Part shown: positions 28,458 to 38,800 of the stretch, in pieces
Layout of the letters: every line of letters begins with the position of its first letter
How positions within the stretch are numbered: the first letter of the stretch is position 1
Notes under the pieces: model-generated
What the model was told of the DNA's origin: nothing
The model's input: the letters and a program-made list of their open reading frames with translations, nothing else
The model's database searches: none
Program-made: the position numbers and the translations under genes
Source of the DNA: Eledone cirrhosa
Taxonomy: Eukaryota
Length of the DNA: 64,000 nucleotides
Reading direction: 5' to 3'
NCBI GenBank assembly: GCA_964016885.1
Contig: OZ024743.1
Location: forward strand, 282,658,001 to 282,722,000

Positions 28458-29880
28458 CGCAGGAAGGCACTTTGCTCTAGCTCCCTCTAATATCCTCCTC
28501 AGCATCAGGATGTGACTGGTGGTTGATCTTCCCTCTCTGAAGCCGTTCTGGTTGTCCCTGAGCTTCTTCTCCATCTCAGGCTGGATCCTGTTAAGAATCA
28601 TCCTGTTGAGGGTCTTTGCCACAAGTGACGTCAGTGAGATCCCCCTGTAGTTGTTGGTGTTAGAGAGATCTCCCTTCTTTGGCACTGGGACGATGTTACT
28701 AATCCTCCACTGATTCGGAGCAACTCCTTTCTCCAGTGCCCGGTTACAGAACCCCAGGATGATATCATCTAAATCACACCTGCGGTCATGGTTTTCATTG
28801 ACTTTAGGAAGGCCTTTGATTCTGTGGACCGTTACTGCCTGATGAAGATCTTACAGGCTTATGGAATCCCCAAGAAGATAGTGGACCCGATATCACTGCT
28901 CTACACCAACACCAAAGCCCAAGTCATTACACCTGATGGGATGACAGAGTTCTTTGAGATACTGGCTGGAGTGCTCCAGGGAGATACATTGGCTCCCTAC
29001 CTTTTTATCATCGTAGTGGACTATTGTATGCGCCTTGCACTGGAGAAACACCAGGACTCTGGCTTTACTGTAGCACCGGCTCAGAGCAGGAGAGTTAGGG
29101 CGAAAAAGGTATCGGATGCTGAATTTGCCGACGACGTAGTTTTGGTGACAAATACAGTGAAGGAGGCAGAGGATTTGATGCGGGAGGTTGAGACTGTGTC
29201 GATGAGTGGGGCTGAGAATGAATGAGACTAAAACAAAATATCTGGTAGAGAATGTTGAGAAGCCAGAGGGGATCACTAATGTAGGCAGGAAGCCGCTAGA
29301 ATTGGTTGAGGGCTTCCTGTATTTGGGAGCAAAGATTGGGAATACGGAAGATGATGTAGTTGAGAGGAAGAGCAAAGCCTGGGCGGTGTGCCACAGCTTG
29401 AGATCGGTATGGAAGTCGGACCTTCGTAAAGACCTGAAAATCCGCCTCTTCATTGCTGTAGTGGAGTCTGTGCTGCTGTATGGGTCTGAGACTTGGACAC
29501 TGACCAAGAAACTCACTCAGATGGTGGATGGGTGCTACACGAGAATGCTGAGGATGGCTCTGAACATTAATCAGTATACACTGAGGATGAAAAATTCAGA
29601 GCTGTATGGGAGCATCCCAAAAGTCAGCTCAAAAGTGATACAGAGGAGACTGAGGTTAGATGGACATGCTCACCGACATCCAGAGTTGACATTGCACTCA
29701 GTGCTCCTTTGGGAGCCCCTACATGGACTCACTAGAAGAGGAAGATCAAGGTTAACGTATGTTGATGCCCTAAGGACAGACACTGGTCTGTTGGAGACGC
29801 AGGACATGGCAGCGATAATGAGGGACAGAGACCGCTGGAGAGAACTCGTCCATGGATCTCGGGAATTTTACCCGCCTTAG
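28458..29880 (+). mobile_element. RTE-like LINE family B, 5'-truncated with a 5' inversion, flanked by (TA)n
   Basis: 28458-28779 (minus) encodes PKKGDLSNTNNYRGISL...QNGFREGRST...LPA. 28779-29880 (plus) continues PAVMVFIDFRKAFD...GVLQGDTLAP...FADD...YLG...YGSETW. One frameshift near 29207. Confidence 0.92.
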
Positions 29881-29902
29881 GATATATATATATATATATA
29901 TA

Positions 29903-30103
29903 CGTAGGTCCCGGGTTGAGTCGGGGATAACCACAGTAAGTAAGGTACTCAATACATGGCAGAGTAAAATTTTTTTATTTTATAGAAGGAGCTTCTACAG
30001 GACTAGTACTGTTTCATTCAGATGAAATCTTCAGAAGCTCTTCCTGAAGATTTCATCTGAATGAAACAGTACTAGTCCTGTAGAAGCTCCTTCTATAAAA
30101 TTA

Positions 30104-30110
<7 letters not shown>
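29903..30110. mobile_element. PLE-like terminal hairpin, family H, between (TA)n tracts
   Basis: Arms at about 29970-30034 and 30044-30110. CTGAAGA-tttcatctgaat-GAAAC-agtact-aGTC hammerhead-like motif at 30044-30077. Unpaired extension 29903-29969. Confidence 0.8.
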
Positions 30111-30147
<37 letters not shown>

Positions 30148-30196
30148 TAAAATAACAGATTAAAGTTTGGATTTTAGTCTTCAATTTTATTATTAT

Positions 30197-30249
<53 letters not shown>

Positions 30250-30599
30250 GGAGGCACACGGCTTAGTGGTTAGAATATTGGCCTTGCAATCGAAAGGTTG
30301 TGAGTTCAATTCTCAGACCTGGTGATGTGTTGTTTCCTTGAGCAAGACACTTTATTTCACATTGCTCCAGTTTACTCAGCTGTAGAAATGAGATGATAGG
30401 GACTGGGGTCCATATCATTCCACTGCAAAGTGGTTGTGGAGGTGCCACGGCAAAAGAAAGCACCCATCACTCAGTGTAAATGAGGTTGGTGTTAGGAAAG
30501 GCATCCAGCTGTAGAAATCAAGCCAGAATCAGTTCCCGTCCCACCCTTGCAAGCAGGGAAAAAGTGGACGTAAAATGAAATGATGATGATGATGATGAT
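30250..30599 (+). mobile_element. tRNA-derived SINE with RTE-type 3' tail; copies at 51724-52052 (-) and 55008-55393 (-)
   Basis: A-box-like ggcttagtggtta and B-box gagttcaattc; central ccttgagcaagacactt. 3' end shared with the RTE 3' UTR (ggttggtgttaggaagggcatccagctgtagaaa...ggacgtaaaa(tga)n). Probable TSD atataatgg. Confidence 0.88.
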
Positions 30600-30710
30600 A
30601 TAATGGCATAACTCAATTTCAAGCAATGCCATCACTTAACAATCCTCTTGGTCATGGCTTTTGCACAGACGCAACGACGATGGATGGATGGATATATATA
30701 TATATATATA

Positions 30711-33700
30711 CACGAGAATGCGAGCACTCTTCTTTGTTTCGCCCCCGGATGGCTAACATAACCCCATCTCCCCCCGCCCCCCACCACCCCCACCCTCCAA
30801 ACGCGATCCAAAACTTCAGAGTTGGTACCATAAATGTAGGCACCCTAAAGGGGCGCGCTAACGAGGTTGTAGAAATGCTTGAACGTAAGGAGGTCGATGT
30901 TTGTTGTATTCAAGAGACCAGGTGGAGGGGTGGGTCTGCTAGATTCATTGAGGGTAAAAAAAAACGATGTTATAAGCTTTTCTGGGTGGGAAACGACGAT
31001 GGGCTGGGTGGAGTAGGAATCATGGTAGCAGAAAAGTGGGCGGATAAGATAATAGACGTAAATAGAGTGAACGACAGAATAATTAAAATACGACTTGTCC
31101 TCAATAGAACTACGGTGACAGTAATATCTGCGTATGCACCCCAATCCGGACTGCCCGGCACTATAAAAGACAGATTCTATGAGACACTGATGCTCACTAC
31201 CTCCCAAATATCTGACAGTGACTATATAATTATTGCAGGCGACCTAAATGGTCACGTTGGGCAACATTGTGACGGCTACGACGAAATCCATGGAGGCTAT
31301 GGGTTTGGTACTAGAAATGAGGAAGGCTCCAGAATCCTGGAATTCTGTGATGCAAATAACCTAACTATCTGTAACACTAACTTCAAAAAACGCGACAATC
31401 ACCTGATCACCTATAGATCCGGGGAACACACAAGCCAGGTAGATTATATCCTTACCAGAAGACGTGACAGAGTGTCTGTTGTAAACACTAAATCCCTCCC
31501 CCATGAAGAATGCACCTCCCAACATAGACTGATAATTAGCGACCTCATAGTCAGGTCGAGACGTACTCGACAGCAGAAGAGGACTATCCTCAGGAGAAAA
31601 ATATGGAAGCTAAAGGACCCCACAGCCAAAAATAAATTTCAAAACATATTACTTGATGCTTTCGACAGTAAGGAAGAACACTTAGAGTCGGACAATATAG
31701 AGGGACAGTGGGAATTTCTGAAAGCAAACCTGCTGTTGGCCACAGACGAAGTCTGTGGCTGGAGCAGGCCTGTAGGCAGGAGGAGAGTAACATGGTGGTG
31801 GAACAGTAAGGTGGAGGAGTCAATTAAGGCCAAAAAGCAGGCTTGGAAAGTATGGCGGGATGGGGGAAGTAGAGTAGACTATCAAGTGGCCAGGAGGGAA
31901 GCTAGGAGAGAAGTGTACTTAGCAAGAAGGGAAGCTGAGGAAAGAAAGTTCAAGCATGTCCTACAACGCGATGACCAAAAACGTGAGGTGTTCAGGATTG
32001 CTAGGCAATGCGTCAAGGAAAACCGTGATATTGTCGGGGAGAAGTGTGTACTTAACGATGATGGCATACTTGCCATCACCGACACTGATAAGAAGGCAGC
32101 TTGGAAGTGTCACTATGAAAGGCTACTAAATGAGGAGAATAAATGGGAGAAAGACAGTCTCCCCCATGTCGACCCAATAGAGGGACCAGCAGTGTTAGTC
32201 GAGGGGAGTATAATAAGTAAGGCAATCAAGGATATGAAGACAGGTAAGGCGGCTGGGCCTTCGGAAATAGTTGCTGAGATGCTGAAGGCATCTGGCACGG
32301 TGGGACACACCATGGTCACCCGCATAGTTAACCAAGTCGTACAGAATGGGGTTGTTCCGAAGGACTGGCATAGCAGCATCATCGTTAACTGTTATAAGGG
32401 TAAAGGAGACGCCCTAGATAGGAGTAACTATAGAGGCATTAAATTAATCGACCAGGTCATGAAGGTCACAGAAAAAGTAATAGCGCAACTAATCAGAGAG
32501 AGAATTGACCTAGATGAAATGCAGTTCGGGTTTGTGTCAGGCAAAAGTACCACAGACGCTCTTTTCATAGTACGACAACTACAGGAGAAGTACCTAGCTA
32601 AAGGTAAACCCCTCTACTTAGCTTTTGTCGACTTGGAGAAAGCCTTCGACAGAGTCCCCCGCTCCATTATCTGGTGGGCTCTTAGAAAACTAGGCGTTGA
32701 CGAATGGCTTGTGAGGGCTATACAAGCCATGTATAAAGAAACAGTCAGCAAGGTTAGAATTAACAACGAATATAGTGAAGAGTTTAGCGTAAAAGTTGGC
32801 GTCCATCAGGGCTCTGTTCTCAGCCCCCTACTATTTATTATTGCCCTTCAGGCTATAACAGAGGAGTTCAAGACAGGCTGCCCATGGGAACTCCTATACG
32901 CAGACGACCTGACACTCATAGCGGAATCAATGGCCGAGCTAGAGAAGAAATTCCAAACATGGAAGCACGGCCTAGAGTCAAAAGGACTTAAAATTAACCT
33001 GGCTAAGACCAAAGTTCTAGTTTGTAGGAAAGAAAACAAGGCGGCGGTCCCTTCTGGGAAATGGTCGTGCTCGGTGTGTAGGAAAGGCGTAGGTAGAAAC
33101 TCCATTTTGTGTCCTAAATGCAAAGTATGGGTGCATAAAAGATGTAGTGGGATCACAGGTAAGCTAACTAAGAACATAGATTTTACATGTGGCCGGTGTT
33201 CTGGTGCAATAAGTAGCAGCAAGTGCCCACACAATACTAGCTCTTTCAATTGCGCAGAGGGTTCTATAGAAATAGTGGACAGCTTCCGTTACCTGGGCGA
33301 TAAAATCAGCAGTGGGGGAGGGTGCTCTGAAAGTACTGTAGCTAGAGTCAGAACTGGTTGGAAAAAGTTCAGAGAGCTTATACCACTATTAGCTGCTAAA
33401 GGGTTCTCCCTAAAAATGAAAGGCAGGTTGTACGATGCCTGCATACGAACAGCAATGTTGCACGGCAGTGAGACCTGGGCATTGTGTGCAGAGGATATAC
33501 GCAGACTAGAGAGGAACGAAGCTTGCATGCTCCGCTGGATGTGTAACAGTAATATACGTGAACGGCAAAGCATAAACGAACTAAGGAAAAAATTAGAGAT
33601 AAGAGGGATCAGATGTTGTTTACTCGAGAGAAGGCTACGTTGGTATGGACACGTGATGCGCATGAAAGTCGATAGCTGTATAACAAAGTGCAGGGCAATA

Positions 33701-34224
33701 AAGATAGACGGTAGCCACGGAATAGGCAGACCTAGAAAAACCTGGGACGAGCTGATAAACTCCGACCTCACACACTTACACCTCTCCAAGACAATGTCAC
33801 TGGACCGAGACCTTTGGCGGTACTCAGTAACAGAGAAGACCCGCCTTGCCAGTAGGCATCTCTAACAAAATACACCCCGTCCCACCACCACCACCCCCAC
33901 CCCATCCACACCACCCCGTCCTATGTAAAGTTATGTTGGTGCCGCGCCATCCGGGCCGAAACAAATGAGATCGTGTAGGTGTCACGACAAAAAAACACAC
34001 AGTCCACGCTGTAATGTGGCCGTGTAGGCAACACGGTAAAAACCTCCCAGACCCACACTGTAAATGTGGTTGGTGTTAGGAAGGGCATCCAACTGTAGAA
34101 AACCTGCCAGACAGTCCTATGCGAGCAAGACAATCACTCTTGCCTCAAGTGGGACTACCCCCGTCCAAACCCATGCAAGCGTGGAACACGGACGTTAAAC
34201 GTTGATGATGATGATGATGATGAT
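30711..34224 (+). mobile_element. RTE LINE family A, near full-length copy with intact ORF
   Basis: Starts right after a (TA)n tract, has a single long APE+RT ORF and a ~340-bp 3' UTR, and ends in a (GAT)n tail. Confidence 0.95.
30749..33865 (+). CDS. RTE retrotransposon APE endonuclease / reverse transcriptase with a PHD-like finger inserted in the RT (~1038 aa from MANITP)
   Basis: APE motifs TINVGTL, IQETRW, AYAPQ, GDLNGH, QVDYIL, SQHR. RT motifs YRGIKL, QFGF, DLEKAFD, GVHQGSVLSP, YADD (32897-32908), FRYLG. No stops or frameshifts. Confidence 0.93.
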   Translation: MANITPSPPAPHHPHPPNAIQNFRVGTINVGTLKGRANEVVEMLERKEVDVCCIQETRWRGGSARFIEGKKKRCYKLFWVGNDDGLGGVGIMVAEKWADKIIDVNRVNDRIIKIRLVLNRTTVTVISAYAPQSGLPGTIKDRFYETLMLTTSQISDSDYIIIAGDLNGHVGQHCDGYDEIHGGYGFGTRNEEGSRILEFCDANNLTICNTNFKKRDNHLITYRSGEHTSQVDYILTRRRDRVSVVNTKSLPHEECTSQHRLIISDLIVRSRRTRQQKRTILRRKIWKLKDPTAKNKFQNILLDAFDSKEEHLESDNIEGQWEFLKANLLLATDEVCGWSRPVGRRRVTWWWNSKVEESIKAKKQAWKVWRDGGSRVDYQVARREARREVYLARREAEERKFKHVLQRDDQKREVFRIARQCVKENRDIVGEKCVLNDDGILAITDTDKKAAWKCHYERLLNEENKWEKDSLPHVDPIEGPAVLVEGSIISKAIKDMKTGKAAGPSEIVAEMLKASGTVGHTMVTRIVNQVVQNGVVPKDWHSSIIVNCYKGKGDALDRSNYRGIKLIDQVMKVTEKVIAQLIRERIDLDEMQFGFVSGKSTTDALFIVRQLQEKYLAKGKPLYLAFVDLEKAFDRVPRSIIWWALRKLGVDEWLVRAIQAMYKETVSKVRINNEYSEEFSVKVGVHQGSVLSPLLFIIALQAITEEFKTGCPWELLYADDLTLIAESMAELEKKFQTWKHGLESKGLKINLAKTKVLVCRKENKAAVPSGKWSCSVCRKGVGRNSILCPKCKVWVHKRCSGITGKLTKNIDFTCGRCSGAISSSKCPHNTSSFNCAEGSIEIVDSFRYLGDKISSGGGCSESTVARVRTGWKKFRELIPLLAAKGFSLKMKGRLYDACIRTAMLHGSETWALCAEDIRRLERNEACMLRWMCNSNIRERQSINELRKKLEIRGIRCCLLERRLRWYGHVMRMKVDSCITKCRAIKIDGSHGIGRPRKTWDELINSDLTHLHLSKTMSLDRDLWRYSVTEKTRLASRHL

Positions 34225-34300
34225 ACACACACAAAAAGGAAGTACAGCATAATCGAACCTCTGGTTGCAGTCAAGCTAACGAATGCAGTCAGGATGTGCA

Positions 34301-34343
<43 letters not shown>

Positions 34344-34451
34344 TATATATATATATATATATGCATATATATATATATATATATATGCATATATATATAT
34401 ATATATGCATATATATATATATATATATATGCATATATATATATATATATG

Positions 34452-35007
34452 TATGAAAAAAGTTTGTCCTTCATCAGTGATCTTCCAACCATCATAGGCA
34501 TTTCATCGCTTTAAAGACCATATACCTCCGGTTGGTGCGAGCAACGGCTAAAAAAAGTCGTTGGGACACATAAATAAAGGGGACGCGAGGGTAAACAAAC
34601 AAAATGGTAAAGCAACAGAAAGTGAGGAAGAAGGAGACAAGTCCCAAATTTCTATGAATTTAAATTCGGTGAAATTTAAATTCGGCGAAATTCCTTCCTT
34701 GCTCACATTTCAACCAGGTTTGATGGTCTTTATTCTCTCGTTCACGATTTCACCGAATTTAAATTCATAGAAATTTGGGACTTATCTCCTTCTTCCTCAC
34801 TTTCTGTTGCTTCACCATTTTGTTTATTTACCCTCACGTCCCCTTTATTTACGTGTCCCAACGACTTTTTTTAGCCGTTGCTCGCACCAACCGGAGGTAT
34901 ATGGTCTTTAAAGCGATGAAATGCCTATGATGGTTGGAAGATCACTGATGAAGGACAAACTTTTTTCATATGTAACCCATTTGCAACTCCGCAGCGCCCT
35001 TATTATC

Positions 35008-35010
<3 letters not shown>
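34452..35010. repeat. Long head-to-head hairpin (224-bp arms) in (TA)n with a 3' extension; PLE-terminus-like architecture
   Basis: 34452-34675 is the reverse complement of 34747-34970 with about 5 mismatches and a 71-nt loop. About 40 bp of extension lies on the right, and (TA)n flanks both sides. Confidence 0.85.
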
Positions 35011-35038
<28 letters not shown>

Positions 35039-35051
35039 TATACATATACAT

Positions 35052-35390
35052 ATCCAATACAATACAATCCAGGGCCTTCTCACTCCTATTAGGGGTAACC
35101 CCTCCCTAGTTGACCACCGTTTCTGTTTGCTCAGAGGTGTAGCCGTATCACGCTTGGCCAATTGAAGGTTGGTGTGCTATTCAACCCATAGTTAAGGTGG
35201 ATGGCCATTGACTCTGAAAAGTTGATGTGTTCATCTGCCTTTTTATCTGCTCCTGGAACTCCACTTACCCTCCTCACTAGACCAGGGTCTTTTGAGGGGG
35301 CTGGTTTAGACACCAGTCACTTGGCCATGAAGCAGGTTGTCCTAGGTTACATAGTACCAGTAGCGGGTAGAAGCCTGGCCATAATATATA
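35052..35390 (-). mobile_element. Unclassified short retroposon-like insert between (TA)n tracts
   Basis: GC-richer ~340-bp island ending on the minus strand in a (ATTGT)n-like tail. Shares 'gtgaggagggt' with 41045-41260. Confidence 0.35.
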
Positions 35391-35394
35391 TATA

Positions 35395-35808
35395 CAGGGT
35401 GTGGACGATATTTGTTCGCAATTTTCAACTGCTAATTTTATGCAAATTTTTTTTACTTCCCTTGTCACTCTTGTTTGTCTTCATAAAAACAGTGACTATA
35501 TTTCCATTATTTATTTTCAGAATAATTGATTATGAATAATTTTGAACTTCCAAATTTGTAGAAGAGACACAGAGCTCTTCTTGGAATCCACGCCAGGAGG
35601 ACAAATAAAGACCAGAAGATCAACTCCCAGAACAACAGGTGGCTCGCTGTCTCATCCAAAGACGTGCCCAGAGTCATGCAGACAAAGTTTCCAGCAACAA
35701 CATTGGTCTTAGGTGTTGTTACCAGTCAAGTTGACGTCATGCCACCCCACTTCTTCCCTGAGGGCCTCAAGCTGAACACCGATGGCTACATCCGCGTTCT
35801 GAGCGAAA
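35395..35808 (+). mobile_element. Tc1/mariner-superfamily (maT/DD37D-like) transposon remnant
   Basis: TA|CAGGGTG terminus. 35610-35808 encodes DQKINSQNNRWLAVSSKDVPRVMQTKFPATTLVLGVVTSQVDVMPPHFFPEGLKLNTDGYIRVL. Confidence 0.8.
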
Positions 35809-38800
35809 GGGTTAAAACTAAAGAATAATGACAGGTAGGATAATTTTTATACATTTTCCCATATTCAGTAAAACATCACATAATACTTACTTTTCTGATT
35901 TTAATACATTAGGAAACTGTGATAAAAAGTTGTGAACTGAGGGAAAAAATAAACTGAACATATGAACCAATAGAACAATAAACCCAAAGGCTGAAGTGGG
36001 GAGCCCTTTAGTAGCTGATGTGCCATACATAGCCTCGTTTGTTCACTACTCCCAGGGGGGGGGGGGGGGGGATCATGCTGTGGTCAAAGTTCCATCCTTT
36101 GACTCAGTATCAAAATTGTCCTACATGAGAATGTTCTTATCTGCAAATCTGCATAAATATAGAAGATTCTTGATAAAAATCCTAATTTGGTAAAAATTCT
36201 AACTTTTTTTGCTAAATAGAAGTAACTTTTTTATCAATGAAATTTAAAGCGTTTGTGTGTAAGTTGTTGTACTGGATTTTGAGAGATTTTAAGTTATAGA
36301 ATTTAAGAAATTTGGTTTTCTTAACACAGGCAAATGAAGCCAGTACTTTGTTAGGTTAATTTAGATATTTAGTAAGCCACTGCTTCAGAATGCATCTCTC
36401 ACTGTTGGTATATCTTTTTGCCACGGGATCAATGTGCTAGAAACGAAAATGATGTGGATCTGATTACTGAAACTGACCCCCAACTAAAACAATTCACTTT
36501 CCATAGAATAATCCTCGAAATCCCTAAACTATTTTTAAAACCATTTTTTGACATTTTCTTATGCACAAAAAATATTCTATCATATGCAAGTTTCATATAA
36601 AACACAGTTTTACATATATAATACTAATACTGTTATATTGATACTGGATTCACTCAAAATCAAGACTAATACCTTATCTCATGCCTAATGTTTATAGAGA
36701 AGTGATGAGATAAGTAACTATAACCATCAGTAAATGTAAGATTTAAAGAATATATTATTAATTCTATCATGAAAAATGATATGTGACCAAGATGGCAAAC
36801 ACATACACACATATAGAGACACTAACAAATGTATTTCTAAGGCTCAAATGGGTCATGATACAACAATGTCACTTTGTCTAAAAATAATTGCATAAAGGAT
36901 GCAGGCACCAAATAATTTTCGGCTTGTATAAAAAATTATTATTCTACTCCTTATTATGACTTAACAAAACTGTGGGAATCAAGGAGCTGATGAAAGTGGA
37001 GTTGTGTCAGCTGTGAGAAAAAATTAGGTTTTAAGCACAAGTATTAACAACAAATATCAAATTTCCAAAAATGACTTTCTAGGAAGACAAATATGGTAAT
37101 GTTTCTTCTCTAAAATCAAAAAGAATAAAATTGTAAATATAAAATAAACAAAAATAAAAAGTACAAGTCATTTAAAATGATAAAAATAAAAATAAAAAAC
37201 AATACAAGTTTCTTCTGAATCTAAAGAACAAATCACAAAAAATGTTAGTAACAAATGCTTGAAAGTATTAGATATTTCCAACAGTCTCTAAAAACAAAAT
37301 CTTGAATGTTTTTTATCATTTCTCCCACTTGATTAATTTTAAGACTTAAATATATTGTAATTCAATAACAGATAACAAATTAAATGAAACTACAGTCATC
37401 AATTGTAATTGACAATGACTTGGTATCAAGTAGTTATTCCCTTTAGCTACAGAACATCTAGAATATGACAAATAGACAGGGATGGGGCTGCACCAGCACA
37501 GAGCTGGTCCTTTATGTATTGAGCATGAAAGGATGAAAGGCAAAGTTTACCTCAATGGGATTTGAACTCAAAGCACAGAGTGCCAGAAGATATTGCAATG
37601 TATTCTATTATATACTCTAACAACCCTGCCAATCAACTGCCTTGAGCAAATTAGATAATGTATGTAAATTTGAATAAGTTCAAATGCAGGCTATGAACGT
37701 ATTCAAATTTCCAAAATATGTTAGATGATTTTTTTTTTTTTTATGCCAACACAAACAACCACTAGTTTCCTAGAAGTATGGCTTTTATTTGCAAATTACA
37801 CATTACAATGTTCAGTCCTCAAATATTAAATGTTAATGTATTAAAAGCAATTCTTTTTTTTTTTTTTTACTATTAATTTATTCATTTACAGGAATAACGA
37901 TGTTGCCATGACAAAAGCTGATTTTTTATTTATTTATCAATCAATAGATGAAAATTCAGCATTGATATATTGACAAAATTTGTCAACATTTACTACTACT
38001 CCAAATCCTAAGAAAAGAAGCAAATTAATATATAACTGATAGTACATGAAAACTACCCTACCTCACCTCAATAGAAATTGGTGTTAAGGTGTGTAAGTGT
38101 GCTGGCTTCCTATGAGGTTGCATCTATCATAAAAAGACTCATCTCTGGGAAAAACACTAGTCCATTGCAGGAGTTAACACCCACTTGCTACTGATTTTTT
38201 TGTCAGCAAAGTGAACTGGAACGATGTGAAATAAGCATCTTGTTCAAGAACACATGCCACCCAGACTAAGAATCAAACCCACAACCTTGTGATTGTGAGC
38301 CCAACACCACTTTCACATATTTAAATCAGCATATTACAGAATATTAAGCAGTGTGATTAAGAGTTGCTGAGGATATGGTTTGACACTATCAGTTCTTTCT
38401 GATATTTTATTCGGTAGGTCTGGAGGAAGAGGCAGTGCCCATATACTTGACAGGCCCTCCAAGACTGGAAAAATGAATGCTGTTAATTCTTTTCTTAAAC
38501 TGTTGCAAGTCCACTCCTTTTGGAAATACATGAGCAGAGAGTTCCAGGGGGCATGTCTGTTACCTACTGGCCTAATAATATAAATGGTTTCTAATTTAGA
38601 CACAAGGCAAGCAATTTGGAGGAAGAAAGGTAAGTTGACTAAATGAATTCCAGTACTTGACTTTATCAATCCGTTAAGTATGAAAGACAAAATTGACTTC
38701 AGTGGGATTTGAACTCAGAACATAAAGAACCAGAACAACTACAGCAAGCATTTTTTTCCCAAGCAGAGGGTTACAGATTGTGAGATGGGTGGGATTAATT

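Noticed and set aside
30250-30325. tRNA gene
   Set aside because: The A/B boxes belong to a SINE head that continues into the SINE body and LINE-derived tail.
30626-30748. N-terminal 41 aa of the 1079-aa ORF
   Set aside because: It runs through a (TGGA)n/(TA)n tract outside the LINE. The fusion is fortuitous, and the likelier start is ATG 30749.
30845-33789. Minus-strand ORFs overlapping the RTE ORFs (also 559-3047 and 28893-29516)
   Set aside because: Antisense shadows of the LINE coding frame with no recognisable motifs.
38334-38690. 118-aa minus-strand ORF
   Set aside because: It starts inside a SINE remnant and has no recognisable motif; possibly old TE debris.
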